A stretch of 64,000 bases of DNA from Octopus sinensis (lineage: Eukaryota). How positions within the stretch are numbered: the stretch's first letter is position 1; the number at the start of each line of letters is the position of its first letter. Below, piece after piece: positions 55,931-64,000 of the stretch. Both the position numbers and the translations under genes were made by a program. The stretch spans positions 169,074,001 through 169,138,000 of the forward strand of contig NC_042997.1 in NCBI RefSeq assembly GCF_006345805.1, in the 5' to 3' direction. The notes beneath the pieces were generated by a model, which saw only the letters and a program-made list of their open reading frames with translations, made no database searches and was not told the origin of the DNA.

Positions 55931-56092
55931 GTAAGACTCAGATATCCAATAAGTTTCAGAGATACAGATTATTATAGTATAGATTTCATCCATTAGACAA
56001 TAAGAAGCTGTTAAAAATACTTGCAAAGGTATATGTGCTTATAGTTTTAGCTAAAAAAGTGTTGCAGTATACTGTTCTTTTTATACTTTCTT

Positions 56093-56610
56093 CATCACCA
56101 TCATTTAATGTCCGTTGTCTATACTGCCAGCCATGGCTTGGATGGCTTGACCAGAGCGGGCAAGCTGGGGAGCTGCATCAGACTCCAGTCTGATTTGGCA
56201 TGGTTTCTACAACTAGATGCCCTTCCTAAAACCAGCCACTTTACAGAGTGTGCTGGATGTTTTTACACTGCACCACACAGGCGTTTTTACACAGCACCGC
56301 ACAGGTGCTTTTACATGGAACTGCCATGAGCGCTTTTCACCACCAGAGGGACCAGTCTTAACACTTCTACTATGGAGCATTGGTCTTCTTGATTACAGCA
56401 AGGCACCTGACATCTCAGTCCTTTGTCATCTCACCTGAAAGGTTCAGCATCCTGAGGTTATTCTTCAGTACTTTATCTCATGTCTTCCTGGGTTTCCTAC
56501 TTCCCATGTGTTCCATCTACTTTGAGAGATTGGCACTTCGTTATGGAGCTGTTGGCATCCATCCAAATCACATGACCAAACTAGTGCAGTCTTCTCTCTT
56601 GCACACAGCA
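56093..56610 (-). mobile_element. Degenerate RTE 3' fragment
   Basis: (CAT)n-like tail, shared 3' UTR and a degenerate ORF end. Confidence 0.72.
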
Positions 56611-56789
56611 ATTAATCCCTTTTATGCCTAACTCCTTTCTCAATGATTAATGCTATAATTCTTCACCATGACCTAAGAAATCTTATATGTATCATATGAA
56701 AGACTGTGAAGGAAAGATAAAAGTAAAGTGAAAAAAATGAAGTTAGTTTGGTTCATTTCCAGCATACTTAAATATTCTTTTATTGTAAC

Positions 56790-57189
56790 TGTATGGCCCT
56801 TGGAGGTCCATGTAAAATTTTGCTGTTGGAATTTATCTGCAATAAATTGGTTATGCTTTTACAATATGCAAAATATAAATTTTTTTTTTTTTTGTGCTCC
56901 AACATGACTGCAGCCGCATAGTTGAAACAAGTAATAGAATAATTCCTAGTGGCACGTAAAAAGCACCAACTGCTAGTGGCCACTGCCAGCCTCCCCTGGC
57001 ACCTGTGCTGGTGGCACGTAAAAAGCACCCACTACACTCACGGAGTGGTTGGCGTTAGGAAGGGCATCCAACTGTAGAAACACTGTCAGATCAGACTGGA
57101 GCCTGGTGCAGCCTCCTGGATTCCCAGACCCCGGTCGAACTGTCCAACCCATACTAGCATGGGAAACGGACGTTAAATGATGATGATGA
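56790..57189 (+). mobile_element. Chimeric insertion: intron-derived 5' part plus RTE 3' end
   Basis: 56790-56948 is the reverse complement of 42023-42177; 56949-57189 is RTE 3' UTR with (GAT)n; TGTAAC direct repeats at 56784-56789 and 57190-57195. Confidence 0.8.
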
Positions 57190-57773
57190 TGTAACAACAG
57201 AGCATATACACACAAACAGCTGTGTAGAGATGGAGTTTGCTTCATAACCCCACAGCATCTTGGATAAGTATCTTCTACTAAAACCCAAGACCAACCAATG
57301 TTTTGTGAGGGAAATGATAGACAAAAACCCTATAGAGGACTGTCCCGATTCCATTTATGGAATAGTCTGTTATGTCTGACTCAAGTTGAAAATTCTAAAA
57401 ATTGTGCATCTTTTCTAAGCATAGTAGTTTATGCATGTGTGTGTGTGCATGAACATATCAATCTTGAACCAACTTGACACTGTCATTTTGAAATTTGATT
57501 TAAGCTTGTGCTTGCTGAATGTTTTGCTATAAACTCTTAGTAGAAGAAGGCTGATTTGATTTCACAGAAACCTACTCCATATTATTTATGGATGCTCTAT
57601 GTTTTTCCAAGTACAGAAATCCATTATTACAATCCACAGTAGTTGACATAAGAACAAGCTTTTGTCTACATGTATTCCACTTGAATGAGATGGGATAAAT
57701 AAAAACCATATCCACAAACTATATTTTCTACAAAATCTTTGGAGGTAAAATATAAATATCAAGTGCTACTCAC

Positions 57774-57892
57774 TCTGGACTTGCATTTGTTTTACTAAAT
57801 TCATATGGTAAACAGTTAATAGGTGTCTCAACTCCTTCTGGGCCGATGAGTTTTCGTTGCTGTATCAAATCAACGACATCACTAATAGTGTC
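57774..57892 (-). CDS. SEC24A/B: Sec24A/B-like exon
   Basis: TTTTATAG acceptor and GA|GTGAGT donor; 119 nt; DTISDVVDLIQQRKLIGPEGVETPINCLPYEFSKTNASP(E), matching the position of V-N-L-L-Q-E-R...NCNPE in Sec24A; phase fits both neighbours. Confidence 0.88.
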
Positions 57893-58509
57893 CTATAAAA
57901 TAAATAGAAATGTAACCAATTAATACAAAATAACAATTATCTTCTATTTTTTTATTTGTTTCAGTCACTTGACTGTAGCCATTCTGGGGCACTGCTTGAA
58001 GGGTTTTACTTGAACAAATTGACCCCAGGACATTTTTTTCAGCTTACTATTTATTCTTTCAATCTCTTTTGCCCAACTGCTAAGTCACAGAGACATAAAT
58101 ACACCAGCACAAAGACACACATATACACATTAAACAATGATGATGATGGTAAAGTCTAGATCAGTAGGAAATTTGTCATTCATATATATATATATGTATG
58201 TATAAAAAATATATATAAAAATACAAAATGGGACAAGAACGCAAAACATTCAAACAGACGACACAAAAACCAGACGGGTCATTCGAAGTCTCTAATCTTC
58301 AGTCAAGAACTGGATCATCCTCGCAATTTCAGCTGATTAATCTTGAGATCGCTCTGATCCGGCCAGCCCCAAGGAAAAACTAAGCTACAAGCATTAGATT
58401 TCTTGGAAAAAGGATTGAATGTATACGAAACAAGGACATACACACACACATAAATACATACAACTACAAGTGAAATAGCTATTACTAACATACCAATCCG
58501 AGATAATAT

Positions 58510-59060
58510 TATTTGACAAATTAGAGTTATAGCAAACCTTACTCAATGGATATGTAGTGACACCATCACCACTGAATTGTTTAAGGAAATCAATGACAAA
58601 TCCAACTTCAAATTTATCCAGTTTGACATTGTGCTGTTTTACCTATCGATGCCCCAAATTTTCCTCCAACAAGCACTTGAGTTCAGTAAAGTATAGACAA
58701 CTACAACTGATACTGCCATTGCGATCATAATGAATTCAAGAAGATCGTTACTCATCCATAATTTCTATTGAATAAAAGGGAACAATGATGAGCTCTTTGA
58801 TGTTGCTATGGGGAGCCATCATGGGGTGGAAGTAGCGGATCAGGTTAGCCTTTACATCGAGCATAAATTCAGCAATTAAATAAAGGAGGCTAACATAGGG
58901 TTGTATAAGGACAACAGTCCAGCAGTAGTGCACAATAAGAATGGCCACAAAATGGATAAGATAAAGAAATAAAATTATTCAAGATATTTAGTCAGCTTAA
59001 TTTACAGAATACAGTTGGCACTAACCCTGAAAAAGTCAACAACCTAGATATCAATAAAGC
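58510..59060 (+). mobile_element. Penelope-like RT core remnant
   Basis: One frame with stops: QWI...FKEINDKSNFKFIQFDIVLFYLS...FDVAMGSHHGVEVAD...NIGLYKDN (FDI..FYPS, MGS.DG.E, GLYRDD motifs). Confidence 0.85.
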
Positions 59061-59075
59061 AAATATAAAACTTTT

Positions 59076-59435
59076 CATAGGAATGGCTGTGTGGTAAGTA
59101 GCTTGCTTACAAACCACATGCTTCCGGGTTCAGTCCCACTGCGTGGCACCTTGGGCAAGTGTCTTCTACTATAGCCTCGGGTCGACCAAAGCTTTGTGAG
59201 TGGATTTGGTAGACGGAAACTGAAAGAAGCCCGTTGTATATGCGTGTGTGTTTGTCCCCCCAACATCGCTTGACAACCGATGCTGGTGTGTCCCCATAAC
59301 TTAGCAGTTCGGCAAAAGATACTGATAGAATAAGTACTAGGCTTACAAAGAATAAGTCCTGGGGTCAATTTGCTCGACTAAAAGGTGGTGCTCCAGTATG
59401 GACACAGTCAAAATGACTGAAACAAGTAAAAGAGT
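59076..59435 (+). mobile_element. Full-length tRNA-derived SINE
   Basis: Same family as 28661 and 54289. Confidence 0.88.
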
Positions 59436-60045
59436 AATCCTGATAAAGAAACCTCTTATATAAATAAATGTTCCAACCATCCACCACCAATCAGTAATCA
59501 ATATACTCACTCATATGACACAATCCTTTCTTATTCTTAAATTAGACGATATTTTTGTCAGAACAACAATAAAAGATGGTTCCAACATCATGTTGTTCCA
59601 CAACATATTGCTATTAGTGTGATGAATTATAATTGGAACCTTTCAAGGAAGAGGAATTAGGCTATCAGGTCCAGATCTCCAAACCTGACACCTCTCCACT
59701 TATTTTTTTCCTGTAGGTCATCTGAAGTCTACATGAATCACCCAAAACTATCTGCTCATCAAAAGAAGCAGTCGTTATTCACTTGAGATAACATCAGAAC
59801 AGATGTGCTAAAAAATGGGTTCAAAGTTCATGTAAATAACAAAGTCAAAATTATATGTTGAAAGTCACCAATCTGAGCTTCTGTTGCTGCAACTTCAGAC
59901 ATTTAAATAAATTATCTAAGTTCCCTTTATATGAACCAGGCTACAATATCTAAACAAACATGGGTGTATGTTGGGTTCACTCGATATATTCCAACCATGA
60001 TGGAGCACACTACTGATTTCAATCTGGTACTCGTTTTATTGATCT

Positions 60046-60430
60046 CATCATCATCATCGTTTAACGTCCGTTCTCCATGCTAGCATGGGTTGGACGGTTC
60101 GACCGGGGATCTGGGAAGCCAGAAGGCTGCATCAGGCTCCAGTCTTATCTGGCAATGTTCCTACAGCTGGATGCCCTTCCTAACGCCAACCACTCCGTGA
60201 GTGTAGTGGGTGCTTTTTACGTGCCACCCGCACAGGTGCCAGGCGAGGCTGGCAACAGCCACGGTCGGATTGGTGCATTTTACGTGCCACCGGCACGGAA
60301 GCCAGTCGAGGCGGCACTGGCTTCGGCCACGATTCGGATAGTGCTTTTTACGTACCACCAGTCCAGGGGTCCTGGCATCTGCCGGGTGCCAGTCATAGGA
60401 TTGGTTCAATTTCGATTTCACTTGCCCCAA
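60046..60430 (-). mobile_element. Young RTE 3' end
   Basis: (CAT)n tail; near-identical to 20090-20470 in the opposite orientation. Confidence 0.9.
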
Positions 60431-60712
60431 CAAATCTATTTGTTTTCAACAAAATGTTATGTCTTTCAACACACAGAGTCTAACAAAGAAATATGCATAT
60501 ATGTGCACGTGCGCACACACACACACATGAAATTTTTACAACATATTGGTCAACCTGAGGCTAGAGTAGAAAAACTTGCCCAAGCTCACACAATATGGGA
60601 CCGAAACTGAGATCACACAGTTGCAAAGCAAATTCCTTAACCATGTGTCTGTGCATGTATATGTATGTGAGTGGGGGTGTATGTTTGAATGTGTATGCAT
60701 ACATTCTATTTA

Positions 60713-60714
<2 letters not shown>

Positions 60715-60744
<30 letters not shown>

Positions 60745-60767
60745 CACATAGAGAGAGAGATACGGAT

Positions 60768-60837
<70 letters not shown>
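60715..60837. repeat. (TA)n(GA)n(CA)n(TA)n microsatellite
   Basis: Directly visible. Confidence 0.9.
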
Positions 60838-60838
<1 letters not shown>

Positions 60839-61121
60839 TCACTTAGAAAAAAATAATTCTTCCCTAAACATAATTAGAAATAATAATTATTAATTTATTT
60901 ACAGGTATTGGCAAACTAAATATCTTTGCTGAGCATTTATGTACCAAATATCTGTCCAATGATCACGGCCTATAAGGGAGTAGTGTGTCCTACAAAAATA
61001 TGAGCAACACTTATATTGACCATACTGTAATAGAATTTAACAAGGTTTAGGAATTCAATGTAAAACTGAAAGCAGCTTGTATACAGAAGGAAGAGACAAA
61101 TGAAAACTCAGATCACAATAC

Positions 61122-61409
61122 CTTTGTACTAAGATTGCTCATTCCTCCAGTAATACCAGCCATTCCTCCACTTGTAGAATATTGAGAACTTTGTTGTTGT
61201 TGCTGGGGTTGATATTGTTGTGGTTGTTGAGGATGTATTGACTGTTGCAATTGTTGTGGAGGTTGCTGCATCTGTTGTGGAGGTTGCTGCATCTGTTGTG
61301 GGGGTTGTTGCAACTGTTGTGGCGCATGCATTGGACTTCCTGAATAAACTGGAGGCATTCCTGAAGTTGACATGCTTGCTGGGTGAGCTGGAGATTGCAT
61401 CTGAGAAGG
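61122..61409 (-). CDS. SEC24A/B: Sec24A/B-like exon (first visible): P/Q-rich low-complexity N-terminal region
   Basis: TTTCATTTCAG acceptor and AAG|GTATTG donor; 288 nt, phase 0/0; PSQMQSPAHP...QQPPQQM...GMSNLSTK joins in frame to the next exon. Sec24 proteins have P/Q-rich N-termini. Confidence 0.8.
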
Positions 61410-61571
61410 CTGAAATGAAAAACAAATTTTAATAAAGATTCTCAACTAAAAACTAGATACAACAAAAGGATTCTATCTGTATCAATAACAAATGACATTT
61501 CATTCTTGGTAATTCAAGCCTACATGCGGCAAAGTAGGCTTTAGAATTAATAAGAGCTTCTGTAGGCTCAA

Positions 61572-61791
61572 CCCTTTCGTTACTGTATTTATTTTGAGAT
61601 GCTTTGTGTTTCTTTCAATTACTTGAAATATAAGAAAGAATTTAGTAAAATAACTTAGTTATCATTCAGCTAGTGTTAGGAACATAAATTGTGACTAAGG
61701 TTTGGTGGAAGATTTTAATTCAAAACTTATGAAAACAAGACATTTGTACTCAGAGCCAGAGCCGGTTTCAGCCGGGTTGGTAACGAAAGGG
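61572..61791. mobile_element. piggyBac-like MITE
   Basis: 12-bp perfect TIRs CCCTTTCGTTAC / GTAACGAAAGGG, flanked by TCAA (left) and TTAA (right). Confidence 0.8.
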
Positions 61792-63218
61792 TTAATGCTA
61801 TTATAAACTGACTAATCCTGTACAAAACAGCAATAGGTAATAGAAGGTACACAGTCTAGGAGTTCTGTCTCAAACCTCTAGCTAAGTAGTGTAATGGGAT
61901 ACATTTCAAATGTGTTAAAACAGCATACCACAGGTTTGGTGGTTCAGTAAATGTTAAGTATCAAAATATATGAGTACACTGTACTGCAAATTCAATCAAC
62001 TACATGTCAGAATAGAACAGCAGACAAAATATATGATGATGATGATGGTAAACATGAAAGTGATTGTTATAAAAGCACAACAGGTGTACTGAAGACGCAA
62101 AACCATGGCAGTACTGCAGGGCACTGAACTGTTAGACTGGTTAAACTAACCTCCAAGTGGACCAGAACTGGTATGAAATAATGAGTGGAGTGGCCAGCTT
62201 TACCTAGTAATTGGCTGAGAAGGAGCTATTTCTGAAGTCAGGCAAAAGTAGCAAACACATCACCATTGTACTTTATTCTAATTACAATTTGATTATATCA
62301 CTCTTCAGTTGCCTATGGAAAGGGTGCATGGCATGGCTGCTGATACACCAACATGTGCATGCGCTGCATCACTTATAGAGAATCCATGATGATTCTTATG
62401 TGGATGTTGTTTCTGAGGCACATCTTTCTGCACCTCATTTTGTCAATAGGTCTGCAATCCTGGGTGGGCACCTGACATCTTGACTATCAACAGATGCTCA
62501 CTACCTACTACCATGCAAGCATTGAGATTGGTGGAAATTCCACTCTAGCAAACCTTCCTGGAGAAACTGGGTAATGACAAAAGTGAACTGGCTAGTCTGT
62601 TCTGAACTGGAGATTACCGTGAATAATTACCAGAAATCCTTAGCCTGACAGTACTTCCAAGGAACACTGCTGGATTAAAATAAACTCTACAAGCATAGAA
62701 ATGCTGTCAGAGAGGCACTCAGAGGAATAAAATTGTTCTGCATACACTTGTTCAATGTTCAAGCATTGCTGTCACATGTGGGATAGATCTGGCTATCAGT
62801 CAAGTCCATCATGATGATTCTCTCCATTCCTGCCTGCCTCTAACCAGACAGGGAAGGCAGTCTTCCTCTGTCTGGTAGCTATAGTGAAAAAGGTTGTGTG
62901 GCTGGAAGGTCTGAGGATAGACAATCTCTCTTTGGTAGAACCCACCTTGACACAATCAAGGTTTACTTGAAAAGCAATATGAGGTTAGGGAGGGAGATGT
63001 TACACCCAAGTGAATTTATACTAAGATGGGTGAGAATTGCATAAAAGGCAAGAATGGATAAGACTGATCTAAATTTACACCTGTAGACAAAAAAAAGAGA
63101 GATGGCGAGAACATTTGCCCTAGGTGTTCTGAGTGATCTGTGAGGAGGTTCCTTGATTGGCCATAGATGTATCAGAGGGACTGTATCATCATCATCATTC
63201 TTCATTATTTATATACTA

Positions 63219-64000
63219 CTAGCAGTATCGCCCGGCGTTGCTCGGGTTTGCTTCAACCCGCTGGAATTGTAATTTTGAAAAGTAAAAATTTTGTGAACAT
63301 TTTTCTGGTCGAAATACACCGAAAAGTGGCGACACAGCAGTGAAAAAATCGTAAAAAATAGGGATTTTCATAGAAAAATGCATCTTTTTGATGTAAATAA
63401 TTTTTGGTGTTAACATGGTCTGATTTGAATTTTATGTTCTACGGAAGGAAGAGCAACCCTTCTTCTACCATACTCTCAATTTTGGTCAACTTGCGCCGCA
63501 GGGTCTCGGAGGAGATAGTGTTAGTTGAAGGTTACCATTCTAGGTGCCTGAGTAACAACCTCGCGGATTTACAGATAAATGAATTAATTACTATTTTACA
63601 GAATAAAATTAAATAATTCTTGAAAATTAATTAATATTAATATTTTTTGAACAAAGTAAATAATTTTTAAAACTTAAATAATAATTTTTTTTACACAAAC
63701 GCGAACGGGGAAAAGGGGGTGGCGAATTCGATTTACATACCTAAATTTTTTCTTTTTCATGACATTGTAGCAAAATAGTAGTGAATTATATAAATACCAG
63801 CAGTACATTTTTTTTCTGGGGTATTTTTTTTCAACTTCGTCACATATTTGCCCCTTTCAATTTAAACAAAGTCTTAATTAAGCAATTACGGCAGCTTAGC
63901 AATGGTTTCAATACAGGCGTGACATCTGTATCTCAATTGTTCAAAACCCTTCGAATTTTTTCGCACGTGATGATATCATAGTGAAAACTTTCAATTACGC
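63219..64000 (-). mobile_element. Helitron-like element 3' end (other end not determined)
   Basis: Minus strand reads CCCGAGCAACGCCGGG (GC hairpin, 63231-63246), then CGATACTG, then CTAG|T, the canonical Helitron 3' terminus. Confidence 0.62.

Noticed and set aside
62280-63190. Possible upstream Sec24 exon or LINE remnant
   Set aside because: No P/Q/G-rich open frame with splice sites on the minus strand, and too degenerate to classify.

Overview
AT-rich, repeat-dense eukaryotic genomic DNA. The SINE, RTE and microsatellite families look like those of octopus/coleoid cephalopods (inference from recognition; no search was run). The only host gene I can support is a COPII cargo-adaptor gene of the Sec24A/B type on the minus strand. 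Twelve GT-AG exons between 61409 and 35002 join with consistent phases into about 601 codons: P/Q-rich N-terminal end, zinc finger, trunk/vWA and beta-sandwich. The N-terminal exons lie right of 61409 or outside the window, and I could not find the expected C-terminal helical/gelsolin exons in the remaining 35 kb. The rest is transposon debris (RTE, CR1/Jockey-like and Penelope-like retroelements; mariner/Tc1, Tigger, piggyBac-, hAT- and Helitron-like DNA elements; tRNA-type SINEs) and simple repeats, which account for most ORFs in the track. The most interesting observations are: (i) a TSD-flanked chimeric insertion (56784-57195) in which about 160 nt of this gene's own intron (42023-42178, sense orientation) is fused to an RTE 3' end; (ii) nested inverted repeats flanking a frame-preserving two-exon block; (iii) a PHD-type C4HC3 finger inside the RTE reverse transcriptase; (iv) a nested higher-order repeat in an RTE 3' UTR; (v) two long foldback hairpins; (vi) a local 317-bp duplication that interrupts a SINE. 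I found no evidence for a new protein-coding system.
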